Positions 22,296 to 33,365 of a stretch of 64,000 bases of DNA are shown piece by piece; positions within the stretch are counted from its first letter, which is position 1; the number at the start of each line of letters is the position of its first letter. The stretch comes from an uncultured bacterium (GTDB lineage: Bacteria; Babelota; Babeliae; Babelales; Babelaceae): assembly GCA_963713855.1 (NCBI GenBank), contig OY970209.1, forward strand, positions 32,001 through 96,000, in the 5' to 3' direction. The notes below the pieces were generated by a model. The model saw only the letters and a list, made by a program, of their open reading frames with translations, made no database searches and was not told the DNA's origin. Position numbers and translations under genes: made by a program.

Positions 22296-23381
22296 TTAAC
22301 CGCATATCGCACTGGCCCAGAGTCCCATAAAATTTTGTTTAAGCTTTCCTTCAACCTGTAATGAAAAAAGCTCCCCATGGAGTGCCGAGCTTGAAAGTCC
22401 CGTTACCTGAAGAAGTTCATCAAAAGACAGCGGTGTCCTACAAGCCGCCACAATACGATGAGCTATAGTATCTGGCTTTATAGTTTCATTCGCTATCTGA
22501 GCTTTCTCACCAAGGACATTTAAAAGGTCTTTAGCACTTGCTATGCTGTAAGCCCCTTCGCTTAAAAGCTTGTGACAGCCATCGCTTAAAGGATTATCGA
22601 TAAGCCCTGGTACAGCACCTACATCCCTTCCTTCTTGTAGCGCATAAGAAGCAGTTATCAAAGCACCGCTTTTTTCACATGCTTGTAAAACAATACACGC
22701 TTTACTAAGACCAGCAATAATACGATTTCGAGCGGGAAAATGGCCTGGATGCGGATCTGCGGTCAAAGGAAACGAACTCAAAAGTGTACCTTCGTTCTTT
22801 ACTATTGTCTTAAAAAGCTCTTTATGCTCAGGTGGATATGGCTTTAAAAGACCAGAACCAAGAACAGCAATAGTGCCTGCTTTCGATTCGAGAGCGGCCT
22901 TATGTGCATAAGAATCTGCACCTCGAGCACCACCGCTCACAATACACCATCCATGCTCACTTACGCCGCTTACAAGCATTCGGGCAACTCGTTCAGCATA
23001 GGCATCCGCCTTGCGCGCCCCAACAAAAGCCACGGTTTTTTTATATGAAGAAGGATTCTTGCCCAGAAAGTAGAGTACTATAGGCGGAAGATAAATCTCT
23101 TTAAGAAGAGTTGGATAGTCGCTATCAAAAAGCGTTGTCCATCCAATAGCATACGTATCAATACGCTTGAGTTCTTCGTCAAGAAGCTTTCCATCAGCAA
23201 GCCCAGAGGTTATGCGCGCAGCTTGTGCATGGGACATTGAAAAACGAGCAATCAGGTCTCCCGCTTTTAGGTCATACAAAGCATCGATAAAACCTTTACC
23301 ACCGACGCGCACAAGCTTTTCAACCACTGAAGGTCCAACACCAGGTATAAGAGCTAAATGTAAAAGAGCTATACTGGACAT
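22296..23381 (-). CDS. dprA: DNA-processing protein DprA
   Basis: YP.LLKEI..PP.VLY, AFVGAR, IVSGGARGAD..AH, FPARNRIIAGLS, SGALITA. Confidence 0.95.
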   Translation of the reverse strand: MSSIALLHLALIPGVGPSVVEKLVRVGGKGFIDALYDLKAGDLIARFSMSHAQAARITSGLADGKLLDEELKRIDTYAIGWTTLFDSDYPTLLKEIYLPPIVLYFLGKNPSSYKKTVAFVGARKADAYAERVARMLVSGVSEHGWCIVSGGARGADSYAHKAALESKAGTIAVLGSGLLKPYPPEHKELFKTIVKNEGTLLSSFPLTADPHPGHFPARNRIIAGLSKACIVLQACEKSGALITASYALQEGRDVGAVPGLIDNPLSDGCHKLLSEGAYSIASAKDLLNVLGEKAQIANETIKPDTIAHRIVAACRTPLSFDELLQVTGLSSSALHGELFSLQVEGKLKQNFMGLWASAICG

Positions 23382-25843
23382 TCCTCAGGCTCTTCTTTAT
23401 CAGTCTGCCCGCTGCAAACAATAATAGCTGTAAGCGTTTGCTCAGGGTTCAGGCGAATAAGTCTGACTCCTTGAGCCTGTCTTCCCATTGTACGTACCTC
23501 TTTAGGTAATAGACGAATAATTTTACCAGAGGCATCAATCAGAAGGATACTTGAACTATCATCAACAACTTTAAGCCCAATTACCTGGCCATTTCGCTCG
23601 TTAGTTGGTATAGTTCGCACACCGTATCCACCCCGATGAGCAACGCGAAAATCACTTACACGTACACGTTTTCCGTATCCACGAGCTGTAGCAAACAGAA
23701 TATCTTTATCGTCCGAAACAACAGCCATTCCAACAACGAAATCATTATCACGTAAACGTATACCAGTTACACCGGCAGCATTTCTGCCCATTGAGCGAAC
23801 TTCCGTCTCTTTAAAGCGTATGCCCTGACCGTGCGCGGACGCGATAACAATCGAATCTTGGCCAGAGCTTAGTGAGCAGAAAACTAATTGATCACCCTCA
23901 TTGATAGTCAGTGCTCGTATACCTGTTGATCGAATTTTTGCAAAAAGCTGAGCATCGGTTCTTTTAATAACCCCTTTACGCGTTAGCATGACAAGATGGC
24001 GATCAGCAAGTTCACGGGCACACAAAAGCTTGACCACATGCTCATCGGGCTGAAGCGGCAAGAGATTGACGACAGCTCTTCCCTTTGCAGTACGCGAAGC
24101 TTCAGGAACTTGAAATACTGAGAGACTATAGACTCTTCCCTGATTGGTAAAAAAGAGAAGTTCATCATGAGTACGGGCAGAAAAGATATCCTGGACAACA
24201 TCATCAGACTCTTCTAAATCAGACATTCCCATCTTACCTTTACCACCGCGACGCTGCACGTTATAAGTAGCAAGCGGTACTCGCTTTACATAACCTTTCC
24301 CGGTTAACGTCACAACAACATCTTCATCAGGTACAAGATCAGCCTCACTTAAAATATCTACAGCGGCTTCAAAGCGTGTACGACGCTCATCAGCGTATTC
24401 TTCTTTAAGGGCTGCAAGCTCGCGCTCAATTTCAGTCATAAGCTTTGTGCGATCTTCAGTAATATCCTTTAAAGACCGTATAGCCACTTGAATATCAACC
24501 ATTTCTTGATGAATTTTTTCGCGCTCAAGTCCCGTAAGCCTTTGTAAACGCATATCAAGTATCGCTTTACCCTGCTCAGAACTTAAGCCGAATGCCGTAT
24601 AAAGCTTTTCAACAGCGCCTTCCGGAGACGAGGAATCCTTAATGGTCTTTATCACAGCATCAATAGATCCTAAAGCGATAACAAAGCCTTTAAGAAGATG
24701 TTCACGCGCTTGCGCTTTTTTAAGGTCAAAAAGCGTCCGTTTATAAATAACTTCTTCACGATGGACAATAAATTGGCGTATGAGTTCTCGTAATGAGAAA
24801 ATAAGCGGTCGATTATCAAGCAAAGCTAGCATTAAGACATGGAACGTAGACTGAAGGGATGTGTGCTTATAAAGCTGATTCAGAACAAGCTGAGCAGATT
24901 CACCGCGTTTGATGTCAAGAACAAGGCGCATACCACGCTTATCTGATTCGTCACGAATATTGGTAATACCCTCTATAATCTTATTGCGTACCAGATCAGC
25001 AATCTTAACAACGAGATCAGCCTTGATGACCTGATAAGGAAGCTCGGTAACAATTAACGTGGTACCTTTTGACGTTTCTTCTACAGATGTTACTCCGCGA
25101 ACAGTAATGCTTCCGCGCCCCGTCCTATAAGCCTGCACTATACCAGCGCGTCCACAAATAACCCCCCCTGTCGGAAAATCAGGACCGGGCACAAGTTCAA
25201 AAAGTTCGTCTTCAGTAATGTGGGGATTTTTAACGTAGGCCAGACAAGCCCCAAGCACCTCACCCAAGTTGTGGGGCGGTACAGTTGTTGCCATTCCCAC
25301 TGCTATGCCAGCAGTACCATTAATGAGAAGGTTTGGTAACCGGCTTGGCAAAACGACTGGCTCCACTGTAGACTCGTCAAAGTTAGGTACAAATTGAACG
25401 GTTTCTTTATCTAAATCTGCTAAAATCTCTTGAGCAATCTTTTGCATACGCACTTCGGTATAACGCATGGCAGCCGCGTTATCACCATCGACTGAACCCC
25501 AGTTACCCTGTCCGTCTAAAAGAGGATAGCGTCGCGCAAAGTCTTGCACCATACCAACCATGGTATTATACACCGCCTGATCACCGTGCGGATGGTACTT
25601 TCCGAGTACATCACCCACAATACGAACAGATTTGTGGTATGGTTTATTGTAATAAAAACCATGCTGCTGCATGGCGTATAAAACACGCCTATGAACAGGC
25701 TTTAAACCATCGCGAACGTCGGGTATTGCCCTGCTGACAACAACGGACATTGCATACTCCAAGAACGAGTCTTTCAGCTCATCCTCAATCAGAACAGGCT
25801 CCACATGATCGAGCTTATTAATCTTATCCTGTGATGCTTCCAT
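23369..25843 (-). CDS. gyrA: DNA gyrase subunit A
   Basis: RAIPDVRDGLKPVHRR, YHPHGD, AAMRYTE, GyrA-box QRRGGKG. Confidence 0.98.
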   Translation of the reverse strand: MEASQDKINKLDHVEPVLIEDELKDSFLEYAMSVVVSRAIPDVRDGLKPVHRRVLYAMQQHGFYYNKPYHKSVRIVGDVLGKYHPHGDQAVYNTMVGMVQDFARRYPLLDGQGNWGSVDGDNAAAMRYTEVRMQKIAQEILADLDKETVQFVPNFDESTVEPVVLPSRLPNLLINGTAGIAVGMATTVPPHNLGEVLGACLAYVKNPHITEDELFELVPGPDFPTGGVICGRAGIVQAYRTGRGSITVRGVTSVEETSKGTTLIVTELPYQVIKADLVVKIADLVRNKIIEGITNIRDESDKRGMRLVLDIKRGESAQLVLNQLYKHTSLQSTFHVLMLALLDNRPLIFSLRELIRQFIVHREEVIYKRTLFDLKKAQAREHLLKGFVIALGSIDAVIKTIKDSSSPEGAVEKLYTAFGLSSEQGKAILDMRLQRLTGLEREKIHQEMVDIQVAIRSLKDITEDRTKLMTEIERELAALKEEYADERRTRFEAAVDILSEADLVPDEDVVVTLTGKGYVKRVPLATYNVQRRGGKGKMGMSDLEESDDVVQDIFSARTHDELLFFTNQGRVYSLSVFQVPEASRTAKGRAVVNLLPLQPDEHVVKLLCARELADRHLVMLTRKGVIKRTDAQLFAKIRSTGIRALTINEGDQLVFCSLSSGQDSIVIASAHGQGIRFKETEVRSMGRNAAGVTGIRLRDNDFVVGMAVVSDDKDILFATARGYGKRVRVSDFRVAHRGGYGVRTIPTNERNGQVIGLKVVDDSSSILLIDASGKIIRLLPKEVRTMGRQAQGVRLIRLNPEQTLTAIIVCSGQTDKEEPEECPV

Positions 25844-26151
25844 ACGCTTTAAGCCTCGCTAATAAAATAAATTTGTAACATTTCTTAATTATAGCTTAAA
25901 ATCGTCATTTTGACAATGTAAAACAGTGAAGTCCACAAGATTAAAAATATCACTTACTGCTCAGCCGATACTTCGTCACCTAAGCTGGCACTCTGTTAGA
26001 AACAGTATCCAGGGAAAAAGTGCTTCAGACTGGCTTTCTCGTTAAAAATGAAGAAAAAATGATCGCTTGTACGCGTTAGGCAAAATGGGAGACTCATGTT
26101 ATACTTAATCGTTAATAACGAGGCATTTTTAAAGAGTTTTACGTATAACGC

Positions 26152-27972
26152 ATGGAACAAAAAACATTAGACCTTTCACGCTTTACACCAGATAAGGTCC
26201 GCAATTTTGCGGTGATTGCTCATATTGATCACGGCAAATCGACGCTCTGTGATCGCTTGCTTGAGTGTACGGGAACTTTATCCTCCCGCAACAAGGTTGA
26301 CCAATTTTTAGACAAGCTCCAGGTTGAGCGAGAAAGGGGTATTACAGTCAAAGCCCAAAGTGCCTCCATGTTTTATGAGTACAAGGGACAGGCCTACCTT
26401 TTAAACCTCATTGATACACCGGGCCATGTGGACTTTAGCTATGAGGTATCGCGCTCTTTATACGCAAGTCAGGGAGTACTCCTTCTGGTTGACGCTACCC
26501 AAGGGGTCCAGGCTCAAACTATGGCCAATTTTTATCTGGCTTTCGACCAAAACCTAACTATCATCCCCGTTATCAATAAGATTGATCTTCCAAACGCTGA
26601 TCCAACACGAATAGAAAAAGAGCTTAAGCAACTTTTTGAGTTTAGGCCTTCTGATATTGTAAGAGCCTCAGCAAAGACAGGAGAGGGCATTACAAGTATT
26701 CTGGATGCGATTGTTGAGCGTATACCAGCTCCTACAAGCGATCTTGAAAAACCTTTAAAAGCGCTTCTTTTTGATTCCTGGTACGATGATTATAAAGGCG
26801 TTGTCTGCCTTATCGCGGTTAAAGATGGCGCAATCAAAAAAGGTGATCAGATTACGCTAGCACAGGCGGATTGTTCTTATGAGGTTCTAGAGATAGGCAT
26901 CTTGCACCCTTCAGAAACACCACTACCCGCGCTCTACGCTGGCCAGGTAGGCTACCTCATTACAGGTATGAAAACGGTGCGCGAAGCTCGTGTAGGGGAT
27001 ACTATTTTCCATACCAAAAAGAAAGTCACCCCTTTTGGAGGTTTTAAGCCCGCAAAACCTATGGTATTTGCCGGTATCTATCCGGTAGAAAGCCAAGAAT
27101 TTGACCTTCTTAGCGATGCTATAGAAAAGCTTACGCTCAATGATGCGAGCGTAAAAGTTGAAAAAAAGTCTTCAGTAGCTCTAGGCTTGGGCTTTAGGTG
27201 CGGATTTTTAGGTCTTTTGCATATGGACGTTTTTAAGCAACGCTTAGAACAAGAGTACAACCTGTCCGTTATTGCTACTGCACCGAGCGTGCTCTATAAA
27301 ATTAAGCTTAAAAACGGTACGACGATGGATATAGAAAATCCTTCAGATTTTCCGGACGTTGCCAAGATCGAAATGATCTTGGAGCCCACCATCAACGCAA
27401 CCATTATTCTGCCAAAGGATTATTTAGGTGCGGTGATGCAGCTCTGTCAGGCAAAGCGTGGCGAGCAACAGCAACTCAATTACCTGAGTGAAGACCGGGT
27501 TATTCTTTCATACGGGCTTCCATTAAACGAGATAGCTACAGATTTTTATGATGAGCTCAAATCGCTAAGCTCCGGATACGCAAGCCTCGATTACGATGAA
27601 GGACCGTATGAGGAGGCGGACTTGGTCAAGATGGATATTCTGCTTAATGGAAAGCCAGTTGACGCTTTTTCCGTAATTATCCACACCGATAACGCTTACT
27701 ACTTAGGAAGGCAGCTTACTTCAAAGCTTCGGAGCGCTATACCACGCCAGCTATTTGAGGTAAGTATACAGGCTGCTATTGGCTCTAAAATTATTGCTCG
27801 CGAATCTATATCGCCACTGAGAAAAGATGTTACTGCTAAATGTTACGGTGGTGATATCACGCGTAAGAGAAAACTTTGGGAAAAACAAAAGGAAGGTAAG
27901 AAAAAGCTTAAGAGAGTGGGGTCTGTAGAAGTTCCCCAAGAAGCTTTCTTAGCTATTCTTAAAAAAGGCTAG
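26152..27972 (+). CDS. lepA: Elongation factor 4
   Basis: IAHIDHGKSTL, ERERGIT, GFRCGFLGLLH, KCYGGDITRKRKL. Confidence 0.98.
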   Translation: MEQKTLDLSRFTPDKVRNFAVIAHIDHGKSTLCDRLLECTGTLSSRNKVDQFLDKLQVERERGITVKAQSASMFYEYKGQAYLLNLIDTPGHVDFSYEVSRSLYASQGVLLLVDATQGVQAQTMANFYLAFDQNLTIIPVINKIDLPNADPTRIEKELKQLFEFRPSDIVRASAKTGEGITSILDAIVERIPAPTSDLEKPLKALLFDSWYDDYKGVVCLIAVKDGAIKKGDQITLAQADCSYEVLEIGILHPSETPLPALYAGQVGYLITGMKTVREARVGDTIFHTKKKVTPFGGFKPAKPMVFAGIYPVESQEFDLLSDAIEKLTLNDASVKVEKKSSVALGLGFRCGFLGLLHMDVFKQRLEQEYNLSVIATAPSVLYKIKLKNGTTMDIENPSDFPDVAKIEMILEPTINATIILPKDYLGAVMQLCQAKRGEQQQLNYLSEDRVILSYGLPLNEIATDFYDELKSLSSGYASLDYDEGPYEEADLVKMDILLNGKPVDAFSVIIHTDNAYYLGRQLTSKLRSAIPRQLFEVSIQAAIGSKIIARESISPLRKDVTAKCYGGDITRKRKLWEKQKEGKKKLKRVGSVEVPQEAFLAILKKG

Positions 27973-27980
27973 AGGAGCGT

Positions 27981-29060
27981 ATGATAGACATTGAACGCGA
28001 AGGATCAAGTCGTATTTTTACCGGTAACGTCTTCATTTTTCATAGTTTTGACGTGGGAGATGATATCTCCTTAGAGCGTGTAAAGGCATCACAAGCGCTC
28101 ATCCGGCGCCCCTTAACACTACCCAAATACTTTAAGAACTACCATACACCGCTTGCCGTTGAGCTGCCGCACCCCCACAGTAGCCCAAGACTTGTTAGCG
28201 CTAAACTTCACAGCTTTGGCGTTATAACGCTGCGTTACCAGATGCCGTTTGAATCAACACTTGAAGAATTACGCTCAGGCATTAACGAAATGGACGAGCT
28301 TTATAATGAGCAGAGCGTGAGTGATGCTAGCTTACTGTTTCAAAAAATAAAGCCTTTCATAAAACAGGCTCGCTTTTTCCACCTGCGTTCCTCATATCTT
28401 CTTGTACAGGTAGATCCAAGCCCTGAAAATATAGATGTTGTCCAATTCAAACAAGAGTACGGCAATATCATTGCCTCCCTTCTTCGGTTTGAAACGGAAA
28501 CGCTTTCTGAGTATCAAAAAAATGAAATGCTCGCGTCTGCCATAGGGTATTACCGGGGCGACCTTGTTATTATCGATACTGAAGCAGGCTTTGCTTATGA
28601 TGACGAGTATGAAGAGCAACTCGATATCTTCGAATTTGCCAATATCCAGCAGCTTGAGCTGCAATATTTTGATAGGGCTTTAGATAAAAGGCTCAATGTT
28701 TTTTATGAAAGAAAAGTTGAAGCTCTGTCATGGAGCGCTTACTTACCTTTTGTTGGCACTTCATTAACACAACCAATCGGTGAGCTTGAAGAGCTTCAGG
28801 TAGACATATCTGTCATAACTGAACGCCTAGAAAACAGCGTCAAACTCGCCGGTGATCCTTATTACTCAGAGCTTTACTCGCTCCTTGTGGAAAAACTTGA
28901 CCTTAAAAGCTGGCGTGAGTCCATAAACAACAAATTGTCGATAGTAAGCAATATTCGAGCTGTTCACCAAAACCGAATCGACAGTAGTCGCGGTGATTTT
29001 TTATCGGTTATTGTTATCCTGCTCATTTTTATAGAAATTGTAATAGCTCTTTTTAAATGA
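27981..29060 (+). CDS. RMD1/DUF155-like conserved protein
   Basis: FEFANIQQLELQYFD..LD motif; C-terminal TM helix (VIVILLIFIEI). Confidence 0.6.
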   Translation: MIDIEREGSSRIFTGNVFIFHSFDVGDDISLERVKASQALIRRPLTLPKYFKNYHTPLAVELPHPHSSPRLVSAKLHSFGVITLRYQMPFESTLEELRSGINEMDELYNEQSVSDASLLFQKIKPFIKQARFFHLRSSYLLVQVDPSPENIDVVQFKQEYGNIIASLLRFETETLSEYQKNEMLASAIGYYRGDLVIIDTEAGFAYDDEYEEQLDIFEFANIQQLELQYFDRALDKRLNVFYERKVEALSWSAYLPFVGTSLTQPIGELEELQVDISVITERLENSVKLAGDPYYSELYSLLVEKLDLKSWRESINNKLSIVSNIRAVHQNRIDSSRGDFLSVIVILLIFIEIVIALFK

Positions 29061-30159
29061 GAGGCAAAGAAATACCAAGATTTTTTAAGAAGGTCATCTC
29101 TTTAGGAAGTATAAAACGGTACACACTAACGCCAAGCGAAGATGCTAAGACAGTTGTAATAAACTTCTGCTCATCTAAAAGCACCGTTTTTTTAAGATGC
29201 TCATGATCATAAGACTCGGCTACGGTATGCAGCGAATTAAAGAGCAATCTACCAAGAAAAACGACAAGCGAGAGCTCGGCGTATCGATCAACTGTTTTAT
29301 GTAAAGCTGATGCGCCTGTTCCTAAAAGGTTGGCTACTAGCACGCGAGATGCAAGAGCACCAATCTTGGTACCTAGCACGCTTATGAGCGCACCAAAGGT
29401 GAGAACACCCCCTTGGCTTAAAAGATCAATCATCGCTGCCGTGAATGCGTCATCGCATGAAACTTTTTGTCCAGTCGCACTCTCGATCTCGCCTTGTAAT
29501 AAAAGCACGTCCTCAAGCTGATCAGTAAGAATCTTCTTAATATCCTTATCTTCTCGATCAGTGATGGGCTGAACACCTTGATTTACTAAGCCGGCTTTTT
29601 CAAGAAGAGCATCAACGCCCGTCATCAAGGCTTCATCAAAGCTCTTTCCCACGTTTTTGCTCGCCAATGTGATTTTCTCTAAGGTTTTGTAAAAAAGCTG
29701 AAAAGACGAGCCAGCAGTAAAAGCGCTTATCAAGATACTTACATGCGATTGAGGCAAACCTTTACTTAAAAGAGCGCTTACTATATAGGTTTTTACAGCT
29801 TCGGTAAGACCGGTAGCTACCCCTTTTACCAGATTGCTCGCACCTTCTTTCCCCGTAAAAATGGGCGGCACCAAGTCTTTTTCTTGACCGGAGTCAAGAG
29901 CAAAGAGCTCTTCATCGATCGATACGCCAGCAATATAGTTGCTGAACATTTTTACGCCCAAGCCAAGAAAGAAAAAAGACACCTGTAAGCACTTTGCGCT
30001 ATTGCCATTGGTAGATAAAGCTATAGCCGCTTGTGGCGTATTTGCCGCCATTAGATGCCCCGCACAAAATAAACTTCCAATGATAAGAATAAAAATTCTT
30101 TTCCTGAAAGTTCCTCTAAGAAAGTTGTCTTTCATGGCAAACCTCAAGAAATTAAACAC
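29053..30159 (-). CDS. Hypothetical secreted/membrane protein (tandem paralog A)
   Basis: Signal-like N-terminus; several hydrophobic segments; aligns by eye with 30280-31413. Confidence 0.7.
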   Translation of the reverse strand: MFNFLRFAMKDNFLRGTFRKRIFILIIGSLFCAGHLMAANTPQAAIALSTNGNSAKCLQVSFFFLGLGVKMFSNYIAGVSIDEELFALDSGQEKDLVPPIFTGKEGASNLVKGVATGLTEAVKTYIVSALLSKGLPQSHVSILISAFTAGSSFQLFYKTLEKITLASKNVGKSFDEALMTGVDALLEKAGLVNQGVQPITDREDKDIKKILTDQLEDVLLLQGEIESATGQKVSCDDAFTAAMIDLLSQGGVLTFGALISVLGTKIGALASRVLVANLLGTGASALHKTVDRYAELSLVVFLGRLLFNSLHTVAESYDHEHLKKTVLLDEQKFITTVLASSLGVSVYRFILPKEMTFLKNLGISLPLI

Positions 30160-30279
30160 AACGCTTTTAACTTAAGTATAGCTAAAAATTGACAAATTAA
30201 CAATAAATTGATCGAAAAAGCAGCGATATCAGATCTAACTTGAACTCGGGCGCAGGGCCAATGTTATGAAAAGTAAGGG

Positions 30280-31413
30280 TTACGATCTATCTGACAAAAC
30301 GTGCCTAACATCTCGAATGCTTCGAATATAGGTCATAAGTCCCAAATTCCTTACAAACTCACTATGTTTGGGTAAAACCCCCTTATAGTAGTTGATACCA
30401 AGACGTGCTGCGGCTATCGTTCCTTCTAAATCTTTTTTTGGTAAAGAAATGGTCATATTACTAGAAGACATACGCGCACTCTCGATGGATTCTAAGATTG
30501 GATCGATATTTTGACACCATTCTTTATGAACTTCAAAAGAACCATTAGAACCGGGAGCTGGATAGACTTTTTGTGGATGATCTTGGCAAGGAAGTCTATT
30601 TTTAACAGGCAAAACTTGAACTGCTTCTTGGCTATCCGGATAGAGCCTTGTTAAGAAAATAAAAAGGCCTTCCACAAAAGCAGCAACTAACATAAGTTCT
30701 ACAAAGCGTTCAATAGCTTTTTTAATTGCCTCTTGCTTTCCGGCAACCTTTGAAACAACAGTCGCAAAGTTATAGGATCCGACACCAAGAGCGGCTCCGA
30801 ATGCAACCATAGTCCCAGTTACGATCAATCTATAAAAGAACATCGAAGATTCATCATTGAAAATAGAAGTCACGAGAGTATTCAAGACTTGCAGAGAAAG
30901 ATCCCCTACAGTTTTTAAGAGGGTTATAGCAGCACCGGCGGTATAAGCATTGAGTGCCGGAGATATTTCCTGTGCAGTCAATCCCTGTCTTGAAAGGTGA
31001 GCCGAAAGAAATTGCTTAAATGCTTCTACAAATCCAACAGAAAGAGCACGAACAGCACTCGTTTGAACTGCCTCATTAAATGCAGCGTAGGGCGATAGTG
31101 CATCGGCTTTGGAATCCTCCAGAGCAATTTTCGAATCTGGATAAAAAAGCTCTCTAACAGCGGTAATCTGATCTGTAGGATCAATAGCAACCATCTGTTC
31201 CGCAATATAATCAAAAAGAAGCTTAGCGCTCAATCCGATAGTAAAAAATAGAGTCAAAACGTGTGGAGTAGGAATATTTCTAAAATCTATAAGAGCCGCC
31301 GCATTCACCTGCGGCATATGAGCTACGCAACGGGACTGGCCACCTAAGAAAAGTGCTAAGGCACCTACTACTAATGCTTTTTTAATATGTAAACTTTGAA
31401 GATACCTTTTCAT
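30280..31413 (-). CDS. Hypothetical secreted/membrane protein (tandem paralog B)
   Basis: Preferred start ATG 31413 after GGGAG; signal peptide; motifs shared with 29053-30159. Confidence 0.7.
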   Translation of the reverse strand: MKRYLQSLHIKKALVVGALALFLGGQSRCVAHMPQVNAAALIDFRNIPTPHVLTLFFTIGLSAKLLFDYIAEQMVAIDPTDQITAVRELFYPDSKIALEDSKADALSPYAAFNEAVQTSAVRALSVGFVEAFKQFLSAHLSRQGLTAQEISPALNAYTAGAAITLLKTVGDLSLQVLNTLVTSIFNDESSMFFYRLIVTGTMVAFGAALGVGSYNFATVVSKVAGKQEAIKKAIERFVELMLVAAFVEGLFIFLTRLYPDSQEAVQVLPVKNRLPCQDHPQKVYPAPGSNGSFEVHKEWCQNIDPILESIESARMSSSNMTISLPKKDLEGTIAAARLGINYYKGVLPKHSEFVRNLGLMTYIRSIRDVRHVLSDRS

Positions 31414-31529
31414 AGTATTCTCCCAACACGCCGATCCTCTTATCAATTACGATTATACACCAAATCCCTTTTTTATTAAAGCATTTTTTGCATAGCCTAA
31501 AACCTTGGCTATTACGCGGTTATAAGCCA

Positions 31530-32081
31530 TTAGTTAGCGCTTTGAACGGCTACTCTGGAGGGACGCAAAACAATATCTTTGTAAAGATAACCCTTTTGCA
31601 AGACCTTGACAATAGCATTTTCTGAATAACCTTCCTCATGTACATGCATGACTGCCTCATGGAGTTCGGGATTAAAAACACCTAACTCCTCAATCTCTCG
31701 AACATGGTGAAGAGCCAAGATTTTTTGAAATGCCTTATACATAAGCTCAAAACCTGAAAAATAGGTGGCAAGCTCTGGATGTTGAGAAATCTGGGAAAAT
31801 GCTCGATCAAAATCATCAAGTATCGGAATAAGGTCTTTGAGTACCGCTACCTCACCTGCTTCAAACAACTGGTGACGTTCTTTTTCAGAACGCCTTCTAA
31901 AAGTATCAAAATCAGATGATACGTAGCGTATACGTTCTTGAAGCTGCTCAATTTCATTCTTCAAAGAAGCTATGAGCGCATCTTTTTCCTGAAGTGCGCT
32001 TTGACAACTACTTGAAACCTCTTTGCAGCCCTCAGTCGCCTCGTTACGGCTTTCTGATGACTCAGATTGATCTTTATACAT
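31530..32081 (-). CDS. grpE: Nucleotide exchange factor GrpE
   Basis: DFDTFRRR..KE, LIPILDDFDRA, FNPELHEAV, VLQKGY..VLRPSRV. Confidence 0.95.
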   Translation of the reverse strand: MYKDQSESSESRNEATEGCKEVSSSCQSALQEKDALIASLKNEIEQLQERIRYVSSDFDTFRRRSEKERHQLFEAGEVAVLKDLIPILDDFDRAFSQISQHPELATYFSGFELMYKAFQKILALHHVREIEELGVFNPELHEAVMHVHEEGYSENAIVKVLQKGYLYKDIVLRPSRVAVQSAN

Positions 32082-32183
32082 AAAAAAGCACCTCTTTCAA
32101 CCTTCTATCTTATTTTTTTTAGCTTAACGTATTGTCGAAAAAAGAGCCATATGGTATAACAAAGATCTTAACCGGAGAACACA

Positions 32184-33350
32184 ATGCATAAACATCACCT
32201 AAAAAAAGCTTTTGCAATCATCCTATCTTTGATACTAGGAAGCGCAAATTATGCTGCCGGATATGCAAACGGCAGGTTTTTTAGGGCAAGATGCTTTCAA
32301 GATGAACCCGAAATACCACCTGAAGGATTTTTAAGGACCGTTACCAAGTTTTATCAAACTTCTACGGATACTGCTTTTAACAGCAACGGTAAAAAAGTTC
32401 CCCTACTTGCGCTTTATGGACCCGAAACAAGTCCAACCGGTGAATGTAAAAACCTTTTTTTAGATGGGCATTTTTCTTTCTTTGAAACGCAATTTGAAAC
32501 CTATTATACTTTTGGCAAGGGATTTTTTGTCCATACGTTTCTCCCTTATTTTTCCGCGCACATAACCGATATTATGCCCTCAAGTTCCTCTGAAAGCTGT
32601 AGAGAGGCTTTTGAAGATTTACAAAATACGATTGCAAAAAAGGGCATTACCTTTGAAGCAAGCGATAGGAAAGGAATTGGTGACTTTATCCTTTTTGGGG
32701 GTTGGCAAGGAAAAAACTACGACCTATCAATGGTCGATTTCTTAACCGCCCAACTTCAAATTGGTATCCTCTTTCCCACCGCAAAAAGATGCAACATGGG
32801 TGAGACGTGCGCGCTCATACCTTTTGGATTTGAACGTACGTGGGCTATCCCAATCGTCACTAACGGTGCTGTGGGCTTTTTGGACTGGCTTACTTTTGGT
32901 ATACGTACTGAAACGCTTTTCTTCTTTCCAAGGACAAAGTCAATTGGCATTCGCACTAACGCTTTACAAACCGGCATTTTAAGACTGACGCAGGATCCTC
33001 ATGCACGAATTAAAGAAGGAACACTTTTTGACGTGAGCATATACCTTAAAGCTGACCATTTTATGAAAGGGTTCTCTCTAGCAATAGAATTTACCCACGA
33101 GCACAAGCTTCGCACTAAAATAAGCCCATCAATTCGTGTAGATCCAGCGGCCGTTAACAGCGATCCAATCTTTGCTGGCTGGACGATGAATATATTCCAT
33201 ATCAATGCCGAATATGATTGGTCTAATGAGGATAATCCCTATGGGCCGATTATCGCTTTCAATTACAACTACATCTTAAGCGGTAAACGCATTTTCAATG
33301 CTTCAACATCGGTAGGGAAATTTGAGTTAAGGCTTAGATTCGATTTTTAA
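32184..33350 (+). CDS. Putative outer-membrane beta-barrel family protein (divergent paralog 4)
   Basis: GGAG RBS; signal peptide; KGIGDFILFGGW, GILFPT; amphipathic strands; ends LRLRFDF. Confidence 0.65.
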   Translation: MHKHHLKKAFAIILSLILGSANYAAGYANGRFFRARCFQDEPEIPPEGFLRTVTKFYQTSTDTAFNSNGKKVPLLALYGPETSPTGECKNLFLDGHFSFFETQFETYYTFGKGFFVHTFLPYFSAHITDIMPSSSSESCREAFEDLQNTIAKKGITFEASDRKGIGDFILFGGWQGKNYDLSMVDFLTAQLQIGILFPTAKRCNMGETCALIPFGFERTWAIPIVTNGAVGFLDWLTFGIRTETLFFFPRTKSIGIRTNALQTGILRLTQDPHARIKEGTLFDVSIYLKADHFMKGFSLAIEFTHEHKLRTKISPSIRVDPAAVNSDPIFAGWTMNIFHINAEYDWSNEDNPYGPIIAFNYNYILSGKRIFNASTSVGKFELRLRFDF

Positions 33351-33365
33351 GAAAAACAGGGAAGG

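Noticed and set aside
25984..26003. TGGCAC as a sigma54 promoter
   Set aside because: The -12 element reads TAGA, not TTGC
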